Under the pieces are notes generated by a model, which searched no databases, was not told the origin of the DNA, and saw nothing but the letters and a program-made list of their open reading frames with translations. 64,000 bases of DNA from a virus. Taxonomy: Duplodnaviria > Caudoviricetes. Location of the stretch: the IMG/VR virus record IMGVR_UViG_2740891861_000008, positions 1-64,000 of that record. The stretch is one strand, 5' to 3'. The first letter of the stretch is position 1. Every line of letters starts with the position of its first letter. A program made the translations under genes and the position numbers. Shown in pieces: positions 10,830-20,606 of the stretch.

Positions 10830-11276
10830 TCAACGTGCGGGAAACAGGAAGGCGAAGGCGATGCGGCGGCGCCACGCGGGGGTCAGCAGTTCCTCGATGA
10901 CGCCGAGCCGCTCGTAAGCGTGCAAAAAGGTGTCGGGGCCGGTGAGGATGCCCACATGCTTGGCGATGGCGCGGGGCATCATGCGGAACAGGATCAGCGC
11001 GCTGGGTGGCGCATCGGCCGGTGCGATCTCGGGCATCATCGCGCGCGCCCCATCGGCCAGCACCTCGCGCGGCCCGGTCTCGCCCCAATCCCGGCTGTAG
11101 GGCGGGATCGGGAACGGCTCCGGGCCGATGACTTCGCGCCAGACGCCACGCGCGAGGCCGAGGCAATCGCAACCGACCCCGCGCAGGCTGGCCTGGTCGT
11201 GATAGGGCGTGCCGAGCCAGGATCGGGCAGCGGCGATGACAAGAGCGGGATCGGCCGTCAGGGCTGTCGCGGTCAC
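10830..11276 (-). CDS. NlpC/P60 tail-associated peptidase
   Basis: WLGTPYHDQ, GCDCLG, KHVGI motifs. Confidence 0.88.
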   Translation of the reverse strand: MTATALTADPALVIAAARSWLGTPYHDQASLRGVGCDCLGLARGVWREVIGPEPFPIPPYSRDWGETGPREVLADGARAMMPEIAPADAPPSALILFRMMPRAIAKHVGILTGPDTFLHAYERLGVIEELLTPAWRRRIAFAFLFPAR

Positions 11277-12157
11277 AGGACCGCCCCCTCGTGGCCGCCG
11301 TCCTTCGTCGCATAGCGCAGGACTGCGTCTTGCCCGGGGATGTGCGGGAACCCACGGAAGTTGGCTATGTTGGCGAACTTCCCGCTGCAGGTCGCGATCC
11401 GCTTGTCGCAGCCCGCCCGGACCACGAACGCGTCTGTTGTCGCAATCGGCCGCACAGGCGCTTCCAGCAGGGTCAGGATCGCCACCCCGTCGACGAGGTC
11501 ATGCGACAGCACCTCGACCCGCCGCCCTGCATTCGCGCCGCTGGTCCATTCGACAAGCCCGAAGGCGAACCAGCCCGCCGCGAAGCTGCCGAGGCCGGAA
11601 CCGGTTAAGGCCCGATCACGCAGCACGTCAATGACGGTACCGCTGCCCTTGAAGGCCGATGCCTCGAGATTCATGCCGCAACGCACATCGCCCAGCGCGG
11701 CATCGCAACTCGCCTGAAACGTCCGTCCCACGGTCTGGCCAAGGACATGGGCCAACGACCGCACCTCCGCCACGAAGGCGAGCCGCCCGCGCCGGATCTG
11801 GCCGATGGCACCGCGGCGCAGCAGCACGCGCTGCGCCGGTGCCGACCAATTCACCCGCCAGACCTCGACCGACGCATTGTCCCATCGGCCATCGAGGATG
11901 TCGGTCTCGGTGATCCGGTCCGACGACAGTACCCCTTGGGCATCCTGCGCATCGACGGAGAGGTCCGATCCCGACCGGACCTCTGAGGCGGTCAGCCCGC
12001 TTTCCGGTTCGAACTCGGTCCCGTCGAACGACAGCGTCCGGTCGTGGTCGGTGAAGCCGAAGGTCACACCATCGGACCGGGTGATGCGCCAGCACCAGGC
12101 AAGCGTGGTCGTGCCCTCGTCAAGATGGGCTTGCACCGCGGGCGGAAGGGATTTCAC
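11273..12157 (-). CDS. DUF2163 baseplate hub protein
   Basis: GFTDHD, CDAALGD.RC, GCDK, NFRGFPHIPG motifs; GTA-like synteny. Confidence 0.88.
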   Translation of the reverse strand: MKSLPPAVQAHLDEGTTTLAWCWRITRSDGVTFGFTDHDRTLSFDGTEFEPESGLTASEVRSGSDLSVDAQDAQGVLSSDRITETDILDGRWDNASVEVWRVNWSAPAQRVLLRRGAIGQIRRGRLAFVAEVRSLAHVLGQTVGRTFQASCDAALGDVRCGMNLEASAFKGSGTVIDVLRDRALTGSGLGSFAAGWFAFGLVEWTSGANAGRRVEVLSHDLVDGVAILTLLEAPVRPIATTDAFVVRAGCDKRIATCSGKFANIANFRGFPHIPGQDAVLRYATKDGGHEGAVL

Positions 12158-12369
12158 TTCCGCCCCCAGCCGCGCAGCAGGGCCACGGAGGCCAGGAGCG
12201 AAGACACGACACCTCCGGTCGCGCCGGTCAGGGCATAGAGATTGAAGGGGCGAATATCGAGCGTGCCGGTTGCGAGGTCGAAATCTGCCAGCCCTGCCAC
12301 AGCGAGGCCGGAGGCGGCAAGGCAGGCCAGATAGACGAGGCCACGTGCGAGGGTCCAGTTCATGGTCAT
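12154..12369 (-). CDS. Small two-TM membrane protein (lysis accessory / holin candidate)
   Basis: Two hydrophobic segments, basic C-terminus; overlaps endolysin stop. Confidence 0.6.
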   Translation of the reverse strand: MTMNWTLARGLVYLACLAASGLAVAGLADFDLATGTLDIRPFNLYALTGATGGVVSSLLASVALLRGWGRK

Positions 12370-13052
12370 GCTCCGATCAGGGTCTTGAGGAAGGTGAAAA
12401 TGCGGCTGGTCAGGCTCGGCGCCGCCTGCACGGGCGCGGTGCTGGTGGCGGCCGTGGAAGGGGCAGGTGACATAGGGGTTGAGGGTGGATTGAGCAGCGG
12501 GCGCAGCAGTGCCAGCGCCTCGGTCTCGCTGAGCCGCCGGATCGGCCGCGAGAAATCGACCCGGCCGTTGCGGTCGACCGACCAGACCGGGATGGTACCG
12601 GCCGGATAGCGGCCCTTGGCGAAGAGATCGCGCTCGGCCTCGCGTCGGGACCGGATGGCCGCAGGGCGCAGCCAGCCCATGAATGCCGCCGCCGCTGCTG
12701 CCCGGTTGCCCGCGTTCAGGTGCCGTGTCAGCGCCGCCTTGGCGATGCCGCCGGTATTGTAGTGGAAGGACACCAGCGCATCGAACTCGTGGGGCGCGAG
12801 CGGCACCTTTACGGCGCGCAACACCTCGGCCTCGTAGGCGGCGAGGTCGGTGCGGAAGATGCGGAACGCCTCGCGGATCCCGGCATCGAGATTGGCGGGC
12901 ATCCCATGCGGCAACCGTGCCGGATCGGGCGGACCGGCGGCGACGGTGTGACCGATGCCGAAGGTCCAGACGTCCTTCACGTCGAGATAGGGTCCGGGCA
13001 CGACGCCTTCGTGCCGGATCAGGGCCAAGAGCCCACGATCAGAGGTTTGCAT
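12366..13052 (-). CDS. Endolysin, GH24 lysozyme
   Basis: HEG..PYLD...WTFGIGHT catalytic E/D/T pattern; FDALVSF.YNTG; RREAE. Confidence 0.88.
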   Translation of the reverse strand: MQTSDRGLLALIRHEGVVPGPYLDVKDVWTFGIGHTVAAGPPDPARLPHGMPANLDAGIREAFRIFRTDLAAYEAEVLRAVKVPLAPHEFDALVSFHYNTGGIAKAALTRHLNAGNRAAAAAAFMGWLRPAAIRSRREAERDLFAKGRYPAGTIPVWSVDRNGRVDFSRPIRRLSETEALALLRPLLNPPSTPMSPAPSTAATSTAPVQAAPSLTSRIFTFLKTLIGA

Positions 13053-13056
13053 GGGA

Positions 13057-13188
13057 TTACCCGAGGGTTGAGAGGATAAGGATCAGGATGGCGACCGCGA
13101 GGCCGATGCGCAGCCGGTGCGCAAAGGCCTGACCGGGGTCGGCAGGATCGCAGCGCAGCGAGCGGGCAAGGCGAAGGATCTCATGCAT
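13057..13188 (-). CDS. 43-aa single-TM lysis-region protein (not in ORF track)
   Basis: MHEILRLARSLRCDPADPGQAFAHRLRIGLAVAILILILSTLG; ATGCATGA overlap with upstream stop. Confidence 0.55.
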   Translation of the reverse strand: MHEILRLARSLRCDPADPGQAFAHRLRIGLAVAILILILSTLG

Positions 13189-13528
13189 CGGCGTCATCCT
13201 TCCCGGCGCGGCGGAGCCTCGCGAGGATCAGTTCGATGAAGGCGGCGCCGAAGACGCCGACCAGGTAGGCGGCCGAGCCGACCGCCCCGCCCGCGGCGAC
13301 GGCGCCATCGGGCAGACCGAGCCAGCCCGCCACGATCACGATGGAAAAACTGCCCATCCCTGCGGCGATCAACCCGCCGAGCAGGACATGGCGCAGGGCT
13401 TCGCGCAGCGCCATCCGGGTGGTCAGGGCATTGGTGGCACCGCCCAGCGCGCCCCAGAAGGCCAGCATCAGCGCCGTCGAGGCGGCGATCTCGCGCCAAA
13501 GGTGGGACCAGAAGGATTCGTCGTTCAT
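13181..13528 (-). CDS. Holin-like membrane protein (115 aa)
   Basis: MNDESFW start with ATGA overlap; three hydrophobic segments and basic tail; upstream of endolysin. Confidence 0.65.
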   Translation of the reverse strand: MNDESFWSHLWREIAASTALMLAFWGALGGATNALTTRMALREALRHVLLGGLIAAGMGSFSIVIVAGWLGLPDGAVAAGGAVGSAAYLVGVFGAAFIELILARLRRAGKDDADA

Positions 13529-14151
13529 GTGCGGATTTCCACGAGAGGGATCGAGGTGATCGAGCCGAGGCGTTCGAGGTCGAGGGTGACGTCGAGAGCA
13601 TCCGTGTCGAAGCGGACGGGGACGTCGAACTCGAAGCCCGCGGTGATGTCGACGCCTGCGACGGGGGCCGTGGTGAAGGTAACGAGGCCGGTGGTCGTGG
13701 AGACCGACCAGCCGGAGGCTTGCGGCGTGCCGTTCAGGGCGATGGTCACCGTCCCGGCGACGGGCTTGGTGATCGCCCGCGTCCAGGACTGCGCGCCGGA
13801 GGTGTAGCGTTTGGTCAGCTGGAAAAGGGTGGCCGCCCCGTTCCCGGTCCCGATGGGCTGGTCGGTCGGGTCGGGCATCTGCGATGGCAGGCAGGACTTG
13901 AAGTCGGCCCAATCCTTGAAACGGAAGCCGTGTAGGCGGCCGTTGCGGGCCTCGAAGAAGGCGACGACCGCCGCCAGATCATCGGCGCGGCGGATGCCGT
14001 AGGCGACATCATAGCGGCGGCGGCTGTTGGCCCAGCTGGCATTGCGTTCCTCTGCCCCGCTCGCCAGTTCGACGATCTGGGTGCGCCGCTCGGGGCCGCC
14101 CCGCGCGCCCCGGCTGATGTTGTCCGGAAACCGGACCTCGTGGAAAGCCAT
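13525..14151 (-). CDS. DUF2460 / TIGR02217 distal tail protein
   Basis: FHEVRFP..IS.GARGGPER.T, FFEARNGRLHGFRFKDWAD, FEFDVPVRFD. Confidence 0.9.
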   Translation of the reverse strand: MAFHEVRFPDNISRGARGGPERRTQIVELASGAEERNASWANSRRRYDVAYGIRRADDLAAVVAFFEARNGRLHGFRFKDWADFKSCLPSQMPDPTDQPIGTGNGAATLFQLTKRYTSGAQSWTRAITKPVAGTVTIALNGTPQASGWSVSTTTGLVTFTTAPVAGVDITAGFEFDVPVRFDTDALDVTLDLERLGSITSIPLVEIRT

Positions 14152-14160
14152 AGCTGATCC

Positions 14161-16623
14161 TCACATGCCGCGCCGACCCAGCGACACGGCGCGGGCGATG
14201 TCGCTGGCGACCTGCGTTCGGGACTGGCGGAAGCTCTGGGCGTCGCGGGCGTTGATCGTGACGTTGATGGTGGGCGCACCCGCCCGGCCGTACCCTGCCG
14301 CCTCCTGGCGCGAGAGAACCCGCTCGCCGCGCTGCAGGATTGCGGGGACCTCGTCGGGCCGCAGCCCGGCCCAGCCGCCGTTGTGCATGCGCGGGGCACC
14401 CGCAAAGGCCAGCGCCGGGACCATCCGGCCGGGACCAGAGGCACCGACCGTCCCGCCCGCATGCAGGATGTTCGCGAAAATCCCACTCGCGCCGCCCAGC
14501 GCGCCGGAAAGGGCATTGGCGATGGGGCCGAGGATGAAGCGACGAGCCGCGAGCTTGGCCAGATCGGCGATCATCGACGTGACCAGATCGCGGAAATCGA
14601 GCTTGCCGGTCTTCACGAAGTCGCCGATGGCGTTCTCGGCCGAGGTGAACGCGCCCACGAGCGCGCTGCCGATATCCCCGCCGATGTCGCGCGCCTTCGC
14701 GGCGTAGTCGGCGAGCGCGGCAGTGACGGCTTGCCAGCCGGTAAGGGCCGTGTCCGCGCCGTCGACCGCCGCAGCGCCCGCATCGCGTGCCGCGCCGCCT
14801 GCTCCTTCGGCGGCGGTGGCGGTGTCGTTCAGCCCGGAAGTCAGGGCATCGGCAGAAGCGGCCGCATCCGCCAGCGCGGTTTCTGCTTCGGTCCCCGTGC
14901 CGGTCACCGCATCCTTCAGCGCCTGCCAGCTGGCGAGCGGCCGACCGGCGGCATCGGCCAGCATCCCGGCCGCTTCGCGATAGCCGTCGGCCCGGGTGCG
15001 GGCATCGGCAGCCATGGCCCCGAGGCCGAGGTCAGGCGGTTCGAGATAGCTGCGAGCCAGCGCGGCGGAAAAGGCGTCCGCCGCCGCAGCGCCCGCAGCC
15101 GTCGCGGCACCCTCGAAGGGATTGCCGATGCGCCCCAGCTCTACTGGGTCGAGAACGCCGATCCTCACGCCGCCTTCGCCGGTGGCCCATTCGGGCAACA
15201 GCGCGAGGGCCGCGTTCAGGGTCTCGATGAAGCTGTTGATGCGGGTGACAACGCCGTTCAGCATCGCCTCGACACCCGAGATCAGCCCGTTTGCCGCCTG
15301 GAAGGCGAAGTCGCCGATGGCGCCCGGCAGACTGCCCCAGATCGCCACGGCCGCATCATACGCCCCCTGGAAGATCGCGGCTGTCCGGTCGCCGAAGCTG
15401 ACGACGCCCGCGATGGTGCCTTCGAGCGCAGAGAGACCAGCCGCCTTCAGGCCCTCCCATCCGGCCGCCATGCGGGCGAGTGCGGCGTCCAGCGACAGGC
15501 CGATGCGGGACCAGACCTCGCGCGCCAGATCCCCGAGCAGCCGGAAGGCTTCGCCCACACCGCCGACCCGGGCCACCAGCTGCGAGAACTGATAGACCAG
15601 CTCGCCCGCGCCGACGATCAAGGCGCCAATGCCGGTGCGGATCAGGGCACCGCGGAAGAAGACCAGGGTTGTCGCGAGGCCGCGCGCGGAGAGGGCTGCA
15701 GCGGCGAGCCCTGCGACCCAGCGCCCGGCCATGACAGCGGCGAAGGTCGCGGCATAGGAGGCAAGTCGGCCGAGGTTGCCGATCAGCCCGTCGATGGCCG
15801 ACCGCAGGATGCCACCGTCTGACGCGAGGGCGACGAAGGCATTGGCCAGCGCTTCGATGGTCGGGGCTACGGCGACGGCGATGCGGTTGCGCAGACCATC
15901 AAAGACCAGCGACACAGTGCCGAGTGCGAGTTGCGTGCGGCGTAGGGCTTCGAGGGCGTCGCTGTCCAGCACAGCACCGAGTTCGTAAGCCTGGTCGCCA
16001 AGCCGCGCCATCTCGGCTCCGCCGTTCCGCAGAAGCGGCAGCAGGCGGGTCGCGTCCGAGGCCATGGCCTCGAGATAGAAGGTCATTTCCTGCTGGCTGA
16101 GACCGGCGCGTTCCAACGTGTCGACGTAAAGTTGCAGTGCCTCAGGGCCGGAAAGGCGGGCGAACTGGTCGGCGGTGACGCCCACGCGCGGGGCGACGTT
16201 CTCGAAGAAATCCGCCATCGGCCCGCCGCCGGTCTGCAGGAAATCCCCCACCCGGTCGTTCACGTCCTTCAGGATGTCGGCCAGCTTCTCCTGCTCGATG
16301 CCCACCGTCCTCGCGCCAGCCGACCAGCGCTGCAACGCCTCGGGCGTCGCATTGGCGACCTGTGCGAACTGCCGGATCTGCGCGGCACTCTCGGTGGTGG
16401 AGCGGACGATCAGGCCGAGCGAGGCCGTGGCAGCGGCAGCAGCGGCCCCGAGGGCAAGCCCCGCCCGGCGTGCGAAAGCGGCCAGCCGGGTGTTGGCCAG
16501 TTCCATCTCGCGCGAAAGGCGGCCAAAGCCGCGGGCCCCGGCTTCGCCGACGCCTTCCAGCTCGGCGCGCACGCGCCGTCCGCCCTCCGCCACGAGGCGG
16601 ACGGAGACCTTCTTCTCAGCCAT
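14161..16623 (-). CDS. Tape measure protein
   Basis: 820 aa Ala-rich helical; H.GG..GLRPDEVPAILQRGE C-terminus; follows chaperones. Confidence 0.9.
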   Translation of the reverse strand: MAEKKVSVRLVAEGGRRVRAELEGVGEAGARGFGRLSREMELANTRLAAFARRAGLALGAAAAAATASLGLIVRSTTESAAQIRQFAQVANATPEALQRWSAGARTVGIEQEKLADILKDVNDRVGDFLQTGGGPMADFFENVAPRVGVTADQFARLSGPEALQLYVDTLERAGLSQQEMTFYLEAMASDATRLLPLLRNGGAEMARLGDQAYELGAVLDSDALEALRRTQLALGTVSLVFDGLRNRIAVAVAPTIEALANAFVALASDGGILRSAIDGLIGNLGRLASYAATFAAVMAGRWVAGLAAAALSARGLATTLVFFRGALIRTGIGALIVGAGELVYQFSQLVARVGGVGEAFRLLGDLAREVWSRIGLSLDAALARMAAGWEGLKAAGLSALEGTIAGVVSFGDRTAAIFQGAYDAAVAIWGSLPGAIGDFAFQAANGLISGVEAMLNGVVTRINSFIETLNAALALLPEWATGEGGVRIGVLDPVELGRIGNPFEGAATAAGAAAADAFSAALARSYLEPPDLGLGAMAADARTRADGYREAAGMLADAAGRPLASWQALKDAVTGTGTEAETALADAAASADALTSGLNDTATAAEGAGGAARDAGAAAVDGADTALTGWQAVTAALADYAAKARDIGGDIGSALVGAFTSAENAIGDFVKTGKLDFRDLVTSMIADLAKLAARRFILGPIANALSGALGGASGIFANILHAGGTVGASGPGRMVPALAFAGAPRMHNGGWAGLRPDEVPAILQRGERVLSRQEAAGYGRAGAPTINVTINARDAQSFRQSRTQVASDIARAVSLGRRGM

Positions 16624-16945
16624 TCCGGCGTCCTTCCATCTGCTCGTTGAGTTTGCGCACCATCACCGCCTCGACCTCAGGCAGCAGTTCCGCGGCGATC
16701 AGGGCGTTGACGCCCAGCGCCTCTGCCAGTGAAAGCGCGGCGCCCATGTCCCATCCGATGACGGCCCCCGGTGCGATGCGCAGCTGGCCGCCAAGACGCT
16801 GGGTCAGGTCCCAGACCTGCCAGCCCTCGACCGTCTGCGGCCGGTTCAGTCTTGCGGGGCAGTCCGGGCAGGGGTCCGCGCAGGCCGCGCAGTAGCCGCC
16901 GCCCCCGCCGAAGGACCAGTCGGCGAGGGCGCGGAGGCGTTTTTT
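16616..16945 (-). CDS. Tail assembly chaperone GT extension (-1 frameshift product)
   Basis: Slippery A-AAA-AAC at 16939-16945; -1 frame open RLRALADW...EQMEGRRNG to TGA overlapping TMP start. Confidence 0.75.
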   Translation of the reverse strand, partial: KKRLRALADWSFGGGGGYCAACADPCPDCPARLNRPQTVEGWQVWDLTQRLGGQLRIAPGAVIGWDMGAALSLAEALGVNALIAAELLPEVEAVMVRKLNEQMEGRRNG

Positions 16946-17283
16946 TCCTGATCCAGCATCAGGCCACGGGCGACGTACTGCGCCTGGAAGGCCTCGAAGA
17001 CCGGCCAGATTTCGAGGAGGGCGTCGATCCCGGCCGGGCTGACCGGCAGGAGGTTGCCGTCATCATCGCCGACGCCTTCCCATTCCAGCACTGCGCGGCG
17101 GGCGACGGACTTGGCCATGGCCAGCGCCATGTCCTCCTGGCTGGAGGTTTCCGAGAGGCCGTCGATCATGGGGTCGGCGCGGGCGGAGACCATCAGCGCG
17201 GTGGTCAGAGGGGCCACCAGGACGCGCAAGCCGGGCAAGAGGTCCAGCCATTCGGGGCGGTTCGACAAGTTCAGGCGGATCAT
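16846..17283 (-). CDS. Tail assembly chaperone G
   Basis: MIRLNL start; WEGVGD motif; lies between tube and TMP. Confidence 0.8.
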   Translation of the reverse strand: MIRLNLSNRPEWLDLLPGLRVLVAPLTTALMVSARADPMIDGLSETSSQEDMALAMAKSVARRAVLEWEGVGDDDGNLLPVSPAGIDALLEIWPVFEAFQAQYVARGLMLDQEKNASAPSPTGPSAGAAATARPARTPARTAPQD

Positions 17284-17285
17284 GA

Positions 17286-18224
17286 TCAGTATCCTGTGAC
17301 GGTGTTGACGAGGACGGCGGTGCACATGCGGGCGGGGCTGGTGGCGCGGGCCGCCTGCCAGTCGAAGGTGGCCTGGATGCCCTGCGGCCCGGGGATCTCG
17401 ATCCGCGGGACGGGCAGGTAGACGGCATGGGCGGTGAAGGTGAAACTTGCATTCGCCCCAAGGCTGTAGGCGAACTCGAGCTCGCAGGGCGTGCCATCGA
17501 TGGCCTGGGTGACGAGGGCGCTATCGGCGAAACGCACCTCGATGCGGCCGGTCAGGGCCGCCATGCCGGGATCCGCCCCCTCGATCTTGCCGTCGTTGCG
17601 GATGGTCTCGATCCGGTCGAGGCCGTTGGCATAGGTGATCTCGGCCGAGACGACGTTGCCCAAGGCGGTGCCGTTGCGCTTTACCACCCCGTTGAAATGG
17701 CCGAAGCGCTGCAGGCCGAGCGCGGTCGGGGTGCCTGCAGCCGTGGTGGCAGCGATGGCCTCGCCTTGGGCGATCAGCCGGGCGGTGGCGGTCAGCAGGC
17801 CGGAGCGGTTCATCTGCCACGACAACTGGTCCATCACGCAGCCCGCATACATCGCAAACCGCGGCACCTCGGGCATGGCCACTTCGATGGCCATCGAGGG
17901 CAGGGTCCAGTTCCCCGATTGGAAGGTATGGGTCTTGGGCGTGGTCCCCGTCGTGGTCGGGGCACCGAAGGCCGCCTTCAGCCAGAAGCCGAAGGCCTCC
18001 ACATCGATCGGCACCACGACCTCGCCATCGGCGGTGACCGCGTCCTTGATGGGGGCCAGGGGATCGCGGCCATAACCGAGAAGCTCCGAGTTCAGCAGGG
18101 GCTGTTCCGCGCCCAGCGTGGTGCGGGCAAACGGCATCAGCCGATAGCCGCTGGCGGGCGGGGTGCCGTAGACGGTTTCGAACGCAAGCGCCATCTGCGC
18201 CCGCGCGCCGTGTGCGCGTGCCAT
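17286..18224 (-). CDS. Tail tube protein
   Basis: MARAHGARAQMALAFE..YG; beta-rich; synteny. Confidence 0.85.
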   Translation of the reverse strand: MARAHGARAQMALAFETVYGTPPASGYRLMPFARTTLGAEQPLLNSELLGYGRDPLAPIKDAVTADGEVVVPIDVEAFGFWLKAAFGAPTTTGTTPKTHTFQSGNWTLPSMAIEVAMPEVPRFAMYAGCVMDQLSWQMNRSGLLTATARLIAQGEAIAATTAAGTPTALGLQRFGHFNGVVKRNGTALGNVVSAEITYANGLDRIETIRNDGKIEGADPGMAALTGRIEVRFADSALVTQAIDGTPCELEFAYSLGANASFTFTAHAVYLPVPRIEIPGPQGIQATFDWQAARATSPARMCTAVLVNTVTGY

Positions 18225-18251
18225 GGAGGTCTCCTGTGGATGTGGGGAAAT

Positions 18252-18674
18252 TCAGGCCAGAGGGCCGGTCGTGGTGTAGTGAAGGACGATGGTGATCACC
18301 GCCGCCTTCAGCGCCGCGGCGCCCTCGACGGGCAGGTCGACCGAGGCCGGGGCCTCGGCTTCGACCCAGTCGCAAAGGCCGCCCAGCGTCCGATCACCTT
18401 CCAGCGCCGCGCCGATGGCGGCGATCAGATCGTCGAAGGCGCTGGCGCGGCCGCTGCCCGCCTGGACCACGACCTCCAGCTCGGCCCGGTGCTGGTAGTG
18501 ATACCGCAGGGGCGACAGTGTCACTTCCGGCTCGCCCGGTTGGCCGTCGCGCAGGATGATCAGCCCGGCCGCGGGGATCCGCTCCGGCAGCACCTCGTCA
18601 CGCAGGGTGAGGGCGGCAAGCGGCTGCAGCCGCGCATGCAGCGCGGCGAGGACGGTTTCGCGGGTGGTGGGCAT
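18252..18674 (-). CDS. Tail terminator / completion protein
   Basis: MPTTRE start; DRTLGGLCDW motif; immediately upstream of tube. Confidence 0.7.
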   Translation of the reverse strand: MPTTRETVLAALHARLQPLAALTLRDEVLPERIPAAGLIILRDGQPGEPEVTLSPLRYHYQHRAELEVVVQAGSGRASAFDDLIAAIGAALEGDRTLGGLCDWVEAEAPASVDLPVEGAAALKAAVITIVLHYTTTGPLA

Positions 18675-18721
18675 TTGTGTGTAGTGAGCCAAAAAATAAA
18701 TTAGCTGACGCAGATTTGGGC

Positions 18722-19612
18722 CTATTTGCCCTTTTTCCCGACAGATTGGGAGGCGAGAATCAACCGCCAAACCATTCCATTTTCGCCAGCGACAAGATCA
18801 CGACAAGCCTCATAGTCAGACTTATCAAGTTCATCTATGTGGGCCGCTCGATTCCTGAATTTTGACGTCAAGGTCACTAAAGACTTGTGTAGACCACTTG
18901 GCTCAAGAAGCCAATTGGAACCCGGCCAATCAGCAAGAAGACTGAGAAAAGCGCGTATTAGCGGACTGTTTTCGCGTCGTGATTGACTGTGAATTGTGGT
19001 CTGCAAGAAGTGCGAAAAAACTCCAATCTCTGGAGGTTTCCCGTCTGGCCTTGAACAGAACTTCGCCACCCTGCCAATGTCTTTGTCATTAACGTCCTCC
19101 CCAAGCGACGCTCCAGCAGCCTGCTTTGCAAGGGGAATGATAATTCGCCTTACGATCTCGACTTCAACAGCCTTGCAAAGACCAATTACTGCAGGAGACC
19201 ACTCAAGATCTGGATCATCTCCTAGTCTTTCAGAGAGTTTCTCGCTTGTGGCGAGAAAACGAATGGCCTCTGGTGTGAGCTTCGCCAATCGAGTGTCTTT
19301 TGCGAGAAGAAGCTCTTCCTGCCTCTTTATCGCACTCTCATCGACCAATGCGCGCAGGGTCTCGGCGAGTTGGTCAATTCGATCTTCGTCCGCCCCTGTG
19401 CCAGACTTTATGTCGTAGATCGACAATAGCCTTCCATAACAGCCGTTACACAAACGTTTGTCCCAATCTCCTAGATAAATGGTGATTAGCTTTGATTTCT
19501 TGGAGCTGCTGCAGCGAAAGCAGTCAAATGCGGTGGCTTCTTGAAACCGAAACTGCTGAAGTGGGCCTCTGGCTTCGTATGTCTTTATGATCGACGAAGG
19601 TACGGGCTGCAT
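18722..19612 (-). CDS. AT-rich moron: Zn-finger + HEPN-like protein
   Basis: CFRC...CNGC at N-terminus; RNRAAH (Rx4H) at C-terminus; composition break against flanks. Confidence 0.7.
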   Translation of the reverse strand: MQPVPSSIIKTYEARGPLQQFRFQEATAFDCFRCSSSKKSKLITIYLGDWDKRLCNGCYGRLLSIYDIKSGTGADEDRIDQLAETLRALVDESAIKRQEELLLAKDTRLAKLTPEAIRFLATSEKLSERLGDDPDLEWSPAVIGLCKAVEVEIVRRIIIPLAKQAAGASLGEDVNDKDIGRVAKFCSRPDGKPPEIGVFSHFLQTTIHSQSRRENSPLIRAFLSLLADWPGSNWLLEPSGLHKSLVTLTSKFRNRAAHIDELDKSDYEACRDLVAGENGMVWRLILASQSVGKKGK

Positions 19613-19645
19613 GCGTCACCATTCTTTGCTAGAGCTTTCTCGAAA

Positions 19646-20284
19646 CTACATCCCGCTCGAGCCCCGATCCACCCAGTTTGCAGCAATTCGCCCCGGCACG
19701 CCGTCCATGGCCCGTTCGGCATCCCGCGCCAGATCGAGCCGCTTGCGCAGCTTGACCTGCGGCACCAGCAGGAAGATCGGCACGGTGGTCAGCCCACGGC
19801 CGGTCTTCGCGCGCGACGCCACAGCCCGGCCTTTCGAATTCAGCCGCCCCTCGGCGACCAACAGGCTCGGGCCCCGGCGGCGATAGATGAAGCGCAGTCG
19901 CAGCCCCGTGCGGCGTTCCCACTCGCCGGGGGTGATCCGGCCGCCGCGGGTGGATTTTCCCGCGGCCGGGGTGGGGATCGCCAGCCAGAAGCCTTGGCGC
20001 GACCGGATCAGCGGCCCCGCATCATGCGCGCCGACAATCACCGGGGCATTCGACCAGACCAGCGCCGCTGCGTTCAGGCTCTCGCCGCCCTTGGGATAGG
20101 TGGCAAGCCGGATCGAATTGCCGAGCCTAGTGCCCAGCCCCGCGCCGGTGATTTGGCCGCGCCAGGCGGATTTGAGGCCCGCGCCTGCCACGCGCATGGC
20201 GGCGGTGACAGCCTTTTCACCGGCAGCGATTTCCGCCTGCATCAGGGCTGCAAGGTCGGGGCTGATTTCCAGCTTCAGTCTCAT
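19646..20284 (-). CDS. Phage neck / tail completion protein (DUF6441-like)
   Basis: Basic protein between head closure and terminator; LVPQVKL.KRLDL. Confidence 0.7.
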   Translation of the reverse strand: MRLKLEISPDLAALMQAEIAAGEKAVTAAMRVAGAGLKSAWRGQITGAGLGTRLGNSIRLATYPKGGESLNAAALVWSNAPVIVGAHDAGPLIRSRQGFWLAIPTPAAGKSTRGGRITPGEWERRTGLRLRFIYRRRGPSLLVAEGRLNSKGRAVASRAKTGRGLTTVPIFLLVPQVKLRKRLDLARDAERAMDGVPGRIAANWVDRGSSGM

Positions 20285-20595
20285 GCTGGCCTCAGTTCGA
20301 GTGTCCAGATCAGCCGTTCGCGATCCCGTAGTGGTTCTCCCTGGATGACATGGCTGTCCGCGCCGATGACGATCACGTCTCCCGGAAGCGGGGCGGGCAG
20401 GTCTGCCACACGCACATCCACCACCGTCGTGTCGCTGACGAACCGGCCAGCGCCGAAGTCGGTCACGCGATCCGGGGCGCGGCGGATGATGCGGATCGGG
20501 CGTTCCTCGGAGGTGGTGGCCGAGATCCAGAGGGCCGGGGCCGCCATGGAGGCATGGGTGAAGATGCGGTCCATGGCGGCGGCAAAGACGGACAT
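20281..20595 (-). CDS. Head-tail joining (head closure) protein
   Basis: 104 aa downstream of MCP; P.PGD.I.I, D.ERL.W motifs. Confidence 0.7.
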   Translation of the reverse strand: MSVFAAAMDRIFTHASMAAPALWISATTSEERPIRIIRRAPDRVTDFGAGRFVSDTTVVDVRVADLPAPLPGDVIVIGADSHVIQGEPLRDRERLIWTLELRPA

Positions 20596-20606
20596 TCGTG
20601 GACCCG

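Noticed and set aside
4873-18224. Host gene transfer agent cluster
   Set aside because: Lies within att-bounded DNA with integrase, replication genes, lambda-type head and a long TMP
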